Below are positions 8,410-17,356 of a stretch of DNA of 64,000 bases, piece after piece; positions within the stretch are counted from its first letter, which is position 1; each line of letters begins with the position of its first letter. This DNA is from Myxococcales bacterium (GTDB taxonomy: Bacteria > Myxococcota_A > Polyangia > Palsa-1104). The stretch covers positions 1,963 to 65,962 of the forward strand of contig JAQBQH010000073.1 in NCBI GenBank assembly GCA_028287105.1, written 5' to 3'. A model generated the notes under the pieces. It was not told where the DNA came from, searched no databases, and saw only the letters and a list, made by a program, of their open reading frames with translations. Position numbers and translations under genes: made by a program.

Positions 8410-9059
8410 TGGGGCGCGACGCGTCCGAGCCACAGCGCTGTGAGTCGTTGTTCCGTAGCCTGATCGATCACGAGGGTGATGCGGACGCGAACGCCAATGA
8501 TCTGCTGAAGTGTTTCTTTCGCGGGTACCCGCTCGACAACCTCCGCGAGCTTTTGCGAAGCGACGATCCCGAGGTTGCCAAAGCCGGCGTGTGGATCGCT
8601 TCTGAACTGGGAGCGCGCGCGAAGGTGCTGCTCGACGACGTCGTTCCCATTCTGGGCAACCTTCTTCCCTATGCTCGGTTCTTCGCCATCGACGCGATAC
8701 TCGGCGCCAACGGCGACGACGCCGAGGCGGTCGCCAGTGTCATCCGACTCGTTGACGACGCCGACAGCGGCGTTCGCTGGAAGGTCGTCCAGTTCCTGAG
8801 CCGCGCCTCGCGGCAGCAGCTCGAAGCGGCAGCATCGCTCCTCGAAGATCCGCTCGCATCTGCGCTGCGCCGCTTCCTCGACGACAACGAGATCAAGGTG
8901 CTGCTCGAAAGCGAGTCCGGCGCCTTACGAAGGCTGGCGCTTGCCGCTGCGATTCGCGCCGCGCCGACCAACCTCGGCGCGCTGCGCGCGGTGGCGGCGT
9001 CGACGGACGAAGAGGTCAGCGCGTGGGCCGTCGAAGAGCTTGAACAGCGCGGCAATTGA
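8409..9059 (+). CDS. HEAT-repeat protein, candidate immunity protein
   Basis: All-helical repeats: LRELLRSDDPEVAKAGVWIASELG, VIRLVDDADSGVRWKVVQFL, ASTDEEVSAWA. Confidence 0.75.
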   Translation: MGRDASEPQRCESLFRSLIDHEGDADANANDLLKCFFRGYPLDNLRELLRSDDPEVAKAGVWIASELGARAKVLLDDVVPILGNLLPYARFFAIDAILGANGDDAEAVASVIRLVDDADSGVRWKVVQFLSRASRQQLEAAASLLEDPLASALRRFLDDNEIKVLLESESGALRRLALAAAIRAAPTNLGALRAVAASTDEEVSAWAVEELEQRGN

Positions 9060-9502
9060 CTCCGACGGTTGTGCCTCGCTCGAGAACAAGGGCGACCACA
9101 AGCCGGCCAAGCCCGAGGGCAAGAATGTCCAGAAGCCAAGCCGAGCCCAAGACGACTTCGGCGAGGTTTTCATGTTCAGCCGCAAGAGCGCGCAGCGCGG
9201 TCGTAGCCGCCCATCTCAGACGTTCGTGAATAACTCATCACTACGCGTAAGGTGGCTGCCGCCGCCCGAAGCGCGCGCTTCCTCTCCAACCAATCGACCT
9301 GTCATCCCGAAAGGGCGCGCCGTCGCGACTCCTGAAAAGTTCAATTTGAAGCGGTCAAAAGAGTTGCAAGCGTATGCCGACGCGATCATCAGTACGATCC
9401 TGGAGCTCGAGTGAACGGTGGCAGCGATTGAGCGAACGCGAGGATTGGGCTGCAAGCATGGCTGGTATTCACCACCGGTGCCGCGGTGGGGCGACTGCGC
9501 GT

Positions 9503-10114
9503 GTGAAGAGCGTGCTGCGACTGGTCTCCATATGGCTCGCGCTGCTCGCGGCGGACGGTGTGGCGCTGGCCGACGCGTCGACTCCGCAAGGAAGGCCGCA
9601 GCCGATGTCAGTCGAGCTTCACGCGTTGCTGGGTCCGTTTCGCTCTCCCGAAGACTATTTCGGCTGCCAACGGTTCGATTGTTTCTCCGGATGGATCGTG
9701 ACGGTCCGTGCGAATAAGCCGTCGGCGGCAGGCAGACCATACGGCGGCCAATACGTTAGTGTGCAGGCGCCGGCCGGATGGTTCGTTGACGCCAAAGCGA
9801 TCGACACTCATCTTTGCGCGCAGGATGTCGACTTGCCGGCGCGAAAATCGGCGGCGCACCTGTGGACCGTGCAGTTCTACGAATGCGACGTCGATCCGCC
9901 AGATGGCACATTCCTGGGAAAGCTCGCAGGTGTCGTGCTCTGCGATTTGTCATCGACGAAACCGTACTGCAGCGACTTCGTGCCGCTCGGCGGCTGGGAT
10001 GCGCACTTTGCCGACGTCGGATATGCGAAGCGGGCGCCGACGAAACGCATCGGCGACGACATCGTCGTCGTCGGCCAGCGATTTCGACTCGGTCGCCGAC
10101 TGCCCGCGCCGTAG
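9503..10114 (+). CDS. Hypothetical secreted Cys-containing protein
   Basis: Signal-like VKSVLRLVSIWLALLAADGVALA; six Cys in the mature part; start codon uncertain. Confidence 0.55.
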   Translation: MKSVLRLVSIWLALLAADGVALADASTPQGRPQPMSVELHALLGPFRSPEDYFGCQRFDCFSGWIVTVRANKPSAAGRPYGGQYVSVQAPAGWFVDAKAIDTHLCAQDVDLPARKSAAHLWTVQFYECDVDPPDGTFLGKLAGVVLCDLSSTKPYCSDFVPLGGWDAHFADVGYAKRAPTKRIGDDIVVVGQRFRLGRRLPAP

Positions 10115-10646
10115 TCGGCTGCGAGTAGGGATCCTCGACCGCTGCGGCTTCATGGCACGTTCCAACCGTGAGTGAGTTCAGTCGTGGAACGTGATGCCGC
10201 AGCCGGGGCAGTTGATCGGATAAGTCCTGCGCTAGGGGTAGCGATTGCAACGGGGGCAACGCCGCGGGGAGCATGATCGCGATCAGCGGTAGCTGGTGGC
10301 GAAAGCGGACCGTGGTCTCGAGATGGTGTTCGGGACCTGAACCTGCCAACCGGACTACAAAGGAAATTTCGCGATCGGCTCGTCACAGACGCAATCAAGG
10401 ATCGAAGCTCGCTCGACGGAAGATCCCTCGCGGTGGCGCGGCCGTCTTCGAATGTGAGCCGCACGACGGCAACCTCGCGATCCGGCAGGTCTGTCGACGG
10501 TTCGCGAGATGTACGAGCAGGTGCGACGCGCGACAGATTGCCGCAGGCCTCGGGACCGGCGCGTTTCGTACGATCGGCAGAGTTGAACGCTGGTACAGTG
10601 GATCGCGTTTGCTGGTGGGCATCCCGAACAGCACCGGAGGACCTGA

Positions 10647-11156
10647 ATGCGCTGTGCGATCTTGCTGATGGGAGCATGGGGAACCGTAGTTGCGGCCGGC
10701 TGTGGCGGCGCAGAATCAAAGTGCGGTCCAGGAACGGTCCTCGAGGGCAACGAGTGCGTTGTTGTGCCGTCGTGCGGCCCAGGAACGGCCCTCGAGGGCG
10801 ACAAGTGCGTTGTTGTGCCGTCGTGCGGCCCAGGAACGGAACTCGTGAGCGGTGAGTGTGTTGTTTCACAAGATCCGCTGGTGGGCGTCTGGATGGCGTC
10901 GCGCAGCGACGACCCGAGCTCTCAAGCCCAGTGCACCTTCGCGCCCGACCACACATGGGCGTGTACCTTGCTGCAGAACGGGTGGCCGTCGACATGGTCT
11001 CAAATCCAACCCAATAGTTACTTTCTTAACTACTCAAACAATGAAGGGTGTAACGGCAGCACAACCTTCTCCGACGACAACAGCACCGTGTCGATACTCA
11101 TTTCTGGGAACAGTATCTTCTCAGGGATGACGCTCTCAATGAGCCGCGTGCACTAG
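10647..11156 (+). CDS. Lipoprotein with three CGPGT Cys repeats
   Basis: Lipobox AAGC; CGPGTxLEGxxCVVVPS x3; visibly lower GC in the 3' half. Confidence 0.8.
   Translation: MRCAILLMGAWGTVVAAGCGGAESKCGPGTVLEGNECVVVPSCGPGTALEGDKCVVVPSCGPGTELVSGECVVSQDPLVGVWMASRSDDPSSQAQCTFAPDHTWACTLLQNGWPSTWSQIQPNSYFLNYSNNEGCNGSTTFSDDNSTVSILISGNSIFSGMTLSMSRVH
10722..10865 (+). repeat. Intragenic 51-bp tandem repeat (about 2.8 copies)
   Basis: TGCGG(T/C)CCAGGAACGG...TGCGTTGTTGTGCCGTCG units start at 10722, 10773 and 10824. Confidence 0.85.
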
Positions 11157-11227
11157 ACGCAGTCGCCGCGCGGGGGTCCGCCCGCATAAGCAGATGACGA
11201 GGGCGCTTCGAACCGCACGATGCGAGA

Positions 11228-11362
11228 TGTCGTTTCGAGTACCGCCGGAAACCGACGCCTGACCAGCGGTTCCGCCGTTCAGGTACTCGAAATGATCAAT
11301 TCTCCGTCGACGGTGCTCTCATACGCGTAAGGTTCTCAGTTCGATTCTGAGAGGAGCCTCCA
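11228..11362 (+). repeat. att-like element copy 3: inverted repeat (11228-11297) + tRNA(CAT) 3' fragment (11319-11362)
   Basis: TGTCGTTTCGAGTACC...GGTACTCGAAATGATC; tRNA fragment 43/44 identical to the others (GAGCCTCCA instead of GAGCCACCA). Confidence 0.9.
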
Positions 11363-11943
11363 GGACTTAGCTGCTCGTAGTCGTCGGGGGTGTCGATGTC
11401 GAAGGCACCTTCGGGGAAGGGCAGCAGCACGGTCATGTCCCGGTGGCGCTGGATGATCGCCTTGGCTCCCGAATGCGGTGCCATTGCGCGCAGCTCGGCG
11501 AAGAGCGCGCGCGGGAAGAGCGCGGGCACGCCAACCACGTCGTCGTCGTAGCGCGAGGCAACGAGGCTGCCCGGGTGCTGCCGATGCGCCTCGACCAGCG
11601 CAGCCACGTGCTCGCTCGTCAGGAGCGGCTGATCGCAGACGGCGAGCAGGACCGCGTCAGGAGGTGGCTGCGCCGGCAACGCGCGCATGCCGGCGCCAAT
11701 CGAGCTGCCCATTCCGTGGCGCCAGTCGACGTTCTCCACGAAGTCGACGCCGTCGGCGTTTGCGTGCGCGCGGATCAGCGCGGCGTGCGCGCCGAGGACG
11801 ACGAGCACGCGCCGCACCGGCGCTGCCGAGACGGCGACGATCGCCCGCCCGAGCAGCGTCTGGCCGCGAAACGGAAGCAGTTGCTTGGGACGGCCGAGCC
11901 GCGTCGACGCGCCGGCCGCGAGGATGATCGCGTCCGTAATCAA
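11296..11943 (-). CDS. mocA: Molybdenum cofactor cytidylyltransferase (MocA-like NTP transferase)
   Basis: IILAAGASTRLGRPKQLL, GMGSSI, VCDQP, FDIDTPDDY. TTG start overlaps the xdhC stop; the C-terminus runs through att copy 3. Confidence 0.85.
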   Translation of the reverse strand: MITDAIILAAGASTRLGRPKQLLPFRGQTLLGRAIVAVSAAPVRRVLVVLGAHAALIRAHANADGVDFVENVDWRHGMGSSIGAGMRALPAQPPPDAVLLAVCDQPLLTSEHVAALVEAHRQHPGSLVASRYDDDVVGVPALFPRALFAELRAMAPHSGAKAIIQRHRDMTVLLPFPEGAFDIDTPDDYEQLSPGGSSQNRTENLTRMRAPSTEN

Positions 11944-13067
11944 GGCGCCGCCAGCGCCTGGGGGCGCGGCTGCGTTTCGCCCAACGACGCTCCCGTGCGC
12001 CGCGCCAGCACCGACTGGATCTCGGCCACGATCGAAAGCGCGATCTCGACCGGCCCCTCGGCCCCGAGATCGAGCCCGATCGGACCGTGCAGCCGCGAGA
12101 GCCGCGCCGGCGTGGGCCGCACGCCCGCACGTCCCATGTCGTCGAGCAGCCGGTCGGTCCGCTTGCGTGGACCGAGGATGCCGACGTACGAAGCTGCCGA
12201 CGCGAGCGCACGCTTCAAGACGGCGAGATCGCGATCGTAGTTGTGGCTCATGATGACCACCGCGGTGCGCGCGTCGAGCGGTACACGGTCGAGCTCCGCC
12301 GCGGGGACCACCAGGATCCGATCCGCCGGGCGAAAGCGCTCGCGTGCGGCGAGCGAAGCGCGGCCCTCCACGACGGTCACGTGCCACCCGAGCCGCTTGG
12401 CCAGCTCCACCAGCGGAAGCACGTCGTAGCCGCTGCCGAAGATGACGAGCGGCCGCGCCGGCAGCAGCACCTCGATGAACAGCTCGATCGTCCCCGCCCC
12501 GTAAATGCGATGGCTCGACTGCTCCGCCGCCAGCGCCGCGCGTGCGTCCGCCACCACCGACGCCGCCAGCTCGCGGTCGGTCAGCGTGCAGCCGACGATC
12601 CCGTTCGCGCGCAAGAGCAGGCGTTCGCCGATGCGCGCGCCCGCGTCCGGCGTCGTGCGGATGACGGTCGCCATCACGCCCGCTTCGCGAGCCGCCTGGC
12701 ATCGTCGGACGAACGCGAGCGGGTTGGCGTCGCTCGCCGTCAGCCGCTCGAGCAATACGTCGAGCGTGCCGTTGCAGCCGAGGCCGAAGCCCCAGCGGAC
12801 CTCTTCGTCGTCGTCGGTGGTCGAGTCGTACCGGATCATCGCCGGGTCGCCGCCGGCGGTGCGCCACCAGGCTTTGCGCAAGAGATCGCCTTCGAGGCAG
12901 CCGCCGCTGATGGCGCCGGCGAGCCAGCGATCCTCGGTCATGAGCATGCGCGCGCCCGGCCGCCGATAGGTCGATCCCGAGACCTTGACCAGCGTCGCGA
13001 GCACCGCCTCGCCACCGCTCTCCTCGACGGGCCCCCACGCGCGCACCAGCTGCTGCAGCTCGTTCAT
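11940..13067 (-). CDS. xdhC: XdhC/CoxI family molybdoenzyme maturation factor
   Basis: GSTYRRPGARM, ISGGCLEGD, GLGCNG, MSHNYDRD, YVGILGP, HGPIGLDLGAEGPVEIALSIVAEI. Confidence 0.93.
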   Translation of the reverse strand: MNELQQLVRAWGPVEESGGEAVLATLVKVSGSTYRRPGARMLMTEDRWLAGAISGGCLEGDLLRKAWWRTAGGDPAMIRYDSTTDDDEEVRWGFGLGCNGTLDVLLERLTASDANPLAFVRRCQAAREAGVMATVIRTTPDAGARIGERLLLRANGIVGCTLTDRELAASVVADARAALAAEQSSHRIYGAGTIELFIEVLLPARPLVIFGSGYDVLPLVELAKRLGWHVTVVEGRASLAARERFRPADRILVVPAAELDRVPLDARTAVVIMSHNYDRDLAVLKRALASAASYVGILGPRKRTDRLLDDMGRAGVRPTPARLSRLHGPIGLDLGAEGPVEIALSIVAEIQSVLARRTGASLGETQPRPQALAAP

Positions 13068-13077
13068 GACGCCTCCT

Positions 13078-15246
13078 TCACAGGAGCTTGTCGAGCGTGA
13101 TGGGCAGATCGCGAATGCGGCGGCCGGTGGCGTGGTAGACGGCGTTGGCGACAGCCGCGGCCATGCCGGTAATCCCGATCTCGCCCACGCCCTTGACTCC
13201 GATCTCGTTGACGTAGGGATCGTCTTCGGGGACGAAGAGGACGTCGATCGCCGGGATGTCCAGATTCACCGGCACGAGATACTCCGAGAGATCGTTGTTC
13301 ATGATTCGACCGAGCTTCGGGTCGTAGACGGTGTTCTCGTGAAGCGCCATGCTGATCCCCCAGATCATGCCGCCCAGCAACTGGCTGCGCGCCGTCTTGG
13401 CGTTCAGGATGCGCCCGGCGGCGAACGCGCCGACCGCGCGGCTGACCCGTACCTCGCCCAGCTCCGGGTCGACGCGCACCTCGACGAACTGGGCGCCGAA
13501 GGCCCGCATGGCGTAGCGGTCGCGCGTCTCCAGCTGCTTGGCGTCGTAACGCGCCTCGATGCGCTTCATACCGTGACGAGCGAGCTGCGCCGCGAACGGC
13601 TCGTCGACGGACGGATCGGCTCCGCCGCCATTGCCAAGCCGCGCCAACTTCTCACGCGCGCCGAGGCACGCCTGATGAACCGCCGATCCCACGCTGGCCG
13701 CGGTGCACGAGCCGCCCGAGGTCGGCGTCTCCGGCATGTCGGTGTCGCCCAGCTCGAAGCGGACCTTCTCGACGGGGAGCCCGAGCGCGTCCGCCGCGAC
13801 CTGGGTCATGACGGTGTACGTGCCGGTGCCGATGTCCTGCGTGCCCGCGCGCACCAGCGCCGTCCCGTCGGCGAACAGCGTCGCGATGGCCGAGGCGGGC
13901 CGCACGTTGGCGGGATAGGTGGCGGTGGCCATGCCCCAGCCGACGAGGAGCTTGCCGTCGACCATCGAGCGCGGCTGCGGTTTCTTGCGCGACCACCCGA
14001 ACTTCTCCGCCGCCGTCTGGTAGCACTGGCGCAGCGACTTGGACGACCACGGTCGCCCCGTCTCCGGATCGGTCTCGGCGTAATTGCGCAGCCGCAGCTC
14101 CAGCGGATCGATGGCGAGCTTGACGGCGAGCTCGTCGAGCGCCGACTCGAGCGCGAAGGTGCCGGTCACTTCGCCGGGCGCGCGCATCTGGCACGGCGTG
14201 GCGATGTCGAGCGACACCACGCGCTCGGTCGTGTCGAGGTTGGGGCACTTGTAGAGCGCGCGCGTCGGCGCGGTGAAGTGCTCGCAGAACTGATCGAACT
14301 GCGATACCGACGAGCGGCCCTCGTGCCGGATGGCCGCGAGCACGCCGTCGCGACCGGCGCCGATGACGACGCGCTGCTCGATCTGCGGCCGCGCACCGAC
14401 GGGCCCGAACATCTGCGGGCGCGACAGCACCAGCTTGACCGGACGTCCGACCTTTTGCGCCGCCATGGCCGCGAGCGGGACGTGCGACCACACCGCGCCC
14501 TTGGTTCCGAAGCCGCCGCCGATGTAATGCGAGATTACGCGCACGTTCTCGCGCGGCAGACCGAGCGACGCGGCCAGCTTGCGCTGATCCTCGAAGACGC
14601 CCTGGGTCGAGTCGTAGACGGTCAGGTGCGTGGGACCGTGCCACACCGCGATGGTGGCGTGCGGCTCCATCGGATTGTGGGTCTCGGCGGGGATCGTGTA
14701 GACCTCCTCGACGCGCACCGCTGCCGCCGCCAGCGCGGCCGCGACGTCGCCGCGCCGCGACTCGACGGGCAGCGTTTGCGCGACGGTCCCATGGTACGGC
14801 GGATGCGGCGCCCGTGCGGCTGTGCGCGTTCGCAGGAGGTCGACGTCGACGGGCGCGGCTTCGTAACGGACCGCGACCAGGTGGGCCGCGTGCTGGGCTC
14901 GTTCGAACGTGTCGGCGACCACGATGGCGATCGGCTGCCGGTTGTACAGAACGTGGTCGTCCTGCAACAGCTGCAGCACGTGATCGCCCTGCGAGGCCCG
15001 GGTCTCGCGCGTCGGCTGCGGCGGCAAGTGCATCGCGTTCTTGTGCGTGATCACGGCGAGCACGCCGGGCGCACGCTCGGCCTTGCCGGTGTCCATGCCG
15101 GTGATGCGCCCGCGCGCGATGGTGCTGAGGACCAGCACGGCGTGGGCGACGCGGGCCACGGGGACCTCCGCCGCGTAGCGCGCGCCGCCGGTGACCTTGA
15201 GCGGTCCGTCGACGCGGTCGACGGGAGGCCCGATCTTTTTCATCAC
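13078..15246 (-). CDS. Xanthine dehydrogenase-family molybdopterin-binding subunit (PaoC/YagR-like)
   Basis: RVDGPLKVTGGARYAAE, HNPMEPH, GGGFGTK, MRAPG, KGVGEIG. Confidence 0.93.
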   Translation of the reverse strand: MMKKIGPPVDRVDGPLKVTGGARYAAEVPVARVAHAVLVLSTIARGRITGMDTGKAERAPGVLAVITHKNAMHLPPQPTRETRASQGDHVLQLLQDDHVLYNRQPIAIVVADTFERAQHAAHLVAVRYEAAPVDVDLLRTRTAARAPHPPYHGTVAQTLPVESRRGDVAAALAAAAVRVEEVYTIPAETHNPMEPHATIAVWHGPTHLTVYDSTQGVFEDQRKLAASLGLPRENVRVISHYIGGGFGTKGAVWSHVPLAAMAAQKVGRPVKLVLSRPQMFGPVGARPQIEQRVVIGAGRDGVLAAIRHEGRSSVSQFDQFCEHFTAPTRALYKCPNLDTTERVVSLDIATPCQMRAPGEVTGTFALESALDELAVKLAIDPLELRLRNYAETDPETGRPWSSKSLRQCYQTAAEKFGWSRKKPQPRSMVDGKLLVGWGMATATYPANVRPASAIATLFADGTALVRAGTQDIGTGTYTVMTQVAADALGLPVEKVRFELGDTDMPETPTSGGSCTAASVGSAVHQACLGAREKLARLGNGGGADPSVDEPFAAQLARHGMKRIEARYDAKQLETRDRYAMRAFGAQFVEVRVDPELGEVRVSRAVGAFAAGRILNAKTARSQLLGGMIWGISMALHENTVYDPKLGRIMNNDLSEYLVPVNLDIPAIDVLFVPEDDPYVNEIGVKGVGEIGITGMAAAVANAVYHATGRRIRDLPITLDKLL

Positions 15247-16226
15247 GAGGCACCTCGGATCGTCGACAGCGCCCGCACCACCGCGCGTCGGGTCAGCTCC
15301 ACCTTGAACGCGTTGTGCGGCCGCGTCCGCGCCCCGCGAACCGTCTCTGCGGCGGCGAGCGTGAACGTCGCGCGGTTGGCGGGCTTACCGACGAGCGCCT
15401 GTTCGGCTTCGACGGCACGCCAGGGCTTGGTGCCGACGCCGCCCAGCGCGATGCGCGCGCCGCGGATGAGGTTGCCCTCGATGCGCAGCGCCGCGGCGAC
15501 TGCGCTGAGCGCGAAGGCGTAGGACGCCCGGTCGCGGATCTTGAGGTAGCGCGATTGTCGGAGGCCCGTCGGCGGGGGCAACGAGACGGCCGTGATCAGC
15601 TCGCCGTGCTGAAGGACGCTCTCGATCTCGGGGTGATCCCCCGGCAGACGATGGAATTCAGCGAACGGGATGTGCCGCTCGCCCCCCGGACCCTGCGTGT
15701 GCACGACGGCGTCGAGCGCCGCCAGGGCGACGCACATATCGGAGGCGTGCGTCGCGATGCAGTGATCGCTGGTGCCGAGGATCGCGTGGTTGCGGTTGTA
15801 GCCGTCGATGGCGGCGCAGCCGGAGCCGGGGTTGCGCTTGTTGCACGCCGTCGAGGGATCTCGATAGTAGTAGCAGCGCGTTCGCTGCAAGAGGTTGCCG
15901 CCGACGGTGGCCATGTTGCGGATCTGCGGGCTGGCGCCCGAGAGCAGCGCCTCCGACAAGAGCGGATAGCGCGCGGCGATCTCGGGGTGAAGAGCGAGAT
16001 CGCTGTTGCGCACCATCGATCCGATGCGCGCGCCGTCGTTGGATACCTCGATCTTCGTCAGTGGGATCGCGTTGACGTCGACGAGCTGCGCGAAGTTGAG
16101 CACCTCGAGCTTCATGAGATCGAGGAGCGAGGTGCCGCCGGCCAGGTAGGTGGCGTCGGTGTCGGCCTGCAGCGCGCGGATGGCCGGCCCCTCGGCAGCG
16201 ACTGAAAGATAACGGATCTCGCGCAT
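15243..16226 (-). CDS. FAD-binding subunit (PaoB/YagS-like)
   Basis: AGGTSLLDLMK, ASPQIRNMATVGGNLLQRTRCYY, CNKRNPGSGC 4Fe-4S insert, KIRDRASYAFAL. Confidence 0.93.
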   Translation of the reverse strand: MREIRYLSVAAEGPAIRALQADTDATYLAGGTSLLDLMKLEVLNFAQLVDVNAIPLTKIEVSNDGARIGSMVRNSDLALHPEIAARYPLLSEALLSGASPQIRNMATVGGNLLQRTRCYYYRDPSTACNKRNPGSGCAAIDGYNRNHAILGTSDHCIATHASDMCVALAALDAVVHTQGPGGERHIPFAEFHRLPGDHPEIESVLQHGELITAVSLPPPTGLRQSRYLKIRDRASYAFALSAVAAALRIEGNLIRGARIALGGVGTKPWRAVEAEQALVGKPANRATFTLAAAETVRGARTRPHNAFKVELTRRAVVRALSTIRGAS

Positions 16227-16228
16227 GG

Positions 16229-17257
16229 CTACCCCTTCCCCATGACCGACGTGATGGCGGCGACGATGTTCGGATAGGCAGCGCAGCGGCAGAGGTTCCC
16301 GCTCATCTGTTCGCGAACATCGGATTCGGAGCGGACGCGGCCTTCCTCGAGCATCGCCACCGCCGACATGATCTGCCCCGGCGTGCAGTAGCCGCACTGG
16401 AAGGCGTCGTGCGCGACAAAGGCCGCCTGCATCCGATGCAGGCCGTTGCCATTGGCGAGGCCTTCGATGGTCGTGATCGGCTGCGTCTGGTGCATGATCG
16501 CCAGCGTCAAGCACGAGTCGATGCGGCGACCGCCCACCAGCACGGTGCAGGCGCCGCACTGGCCGTGATCGCAGCCCTTCTTCGTTCCGGTGAGGCCGAG
16601 CTGCTCGCGCAGCGCATCGAGCAGGGTCACGCGCGGCTCGACGTCGAGCTTGTGGGTGACCCCGTTGACCTGCAACGTGATGCTCGTCGTGGCGCCGGTG
16701 GGCGCCGGCGGCGCGGGCGAGCGCGCCCACCCGAGCCGTTCCAAGAACACGACCGAGAGCACGCCCGCCAGCGAGGTCACGATCATCTCGCGACGGTTGA
16801 AGAGCGGCTGCGCGGCGCTCGACGCCTCCTGGCGCAGCGTCGCGGCCCGGCGCAGCGCGGCGAGCAGCTCTTCGGTGTCGTCGGTGCCGGCGGAGGTGGC
16901 GATCTGTTGCCAGACGACGGCTTCGTCGCCGTCGACGACGAACAGGCCGAGCGGGTGAGCGCCGTCTGCGCCAGGTTTTACGCCGAAGTGCGCGAAGAGC
17001 GCGTCCGTCCCGCCGTCGCCCACCAGCTCGAGCGTCTCGACGTCGTCGTCGGGCGCCAACAGGGCGATCGTCTCGCGCGTGATGACGATCAGCGCCGCGC
17101 CGAGGCTGCGCAGCTCGCCGCGAAACTGGTCGCGCCGCGCTTCGAGATCGAGCCGGGATGCGAAGGCGATGAGGGTCGGGCGCCCGCGTACGTCGTGCAG
17201 CGAGACGAGACGGCCACGAGCATCGCGGAGCGGGAACGAGCGCACGCTTGAGTCCAC
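16229..17257 (-). CDS. (2Fe-2S) subunit (PaoA/YagT-like) with N-terminal redoxin-like domain and internal twin-arginine motif
   Basis: GTKKGCDHGQCGACTV, QCGYCTPGQ, NLCRCAAY; N-terminal FPLRDARGRLVSLHDVRGRP...LFVVDGD; FNRREMI followed by a hydrophobic stretch. Confidence 0.88.
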   Translation of the reverse strand: MDSSVRSFPLRDARGRLVSLHDVRGRPTLIAFASRLDLEARRDQFRGELRSLGAALIVITRETIALLAPDDDVETLELVGDGGTDALFAHFGVKPGADGAHPLGLFVVDGDEAVVWQQIATSAGTDDTEELLAALRRAATLRQEASSAAQPLFNRREMIVTSLAGVLSVVFLERLGWARSPAPPAPTGATTSITLQVNGVTHKLDVEPRVTLLDALREQLGLTGTKKGCDHGQCGACTVLVGGRRIDSCLTLAIMHQTQPITTIEGLANGNGLHRMQAAFVAHDAFQCGYCTPGQIMSAVAMLEEGRVRSESDVREQMSGNLCRCAAYPNIVAAITSVMGKG

Positions 17258-17356
17258 ACCAGCCAGTTATGCGCCGCCACGGTGCGCGCAATCAGGCGCC
17301 GCGAGTACCGCCTCCCGGAATGCGGGTTGCACGAGCTCAATCGAAGGAGGTCCGTG

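Noticed and set aside
10115..10646. ORFs 10273-10668 and overlapping frames
   Set aside because: Atypical composition and no motifs or RBS; probably degenerate or intergenic DNA.
933..11362. Classical integron (attC array) or CRISPR array
   Set aside because: No RYYYAAC/GTTRRRY cores and no IntI; repeats are kb apart and tied to tRNA fragments; no short regularly spaced repeats or cas genes in the window.
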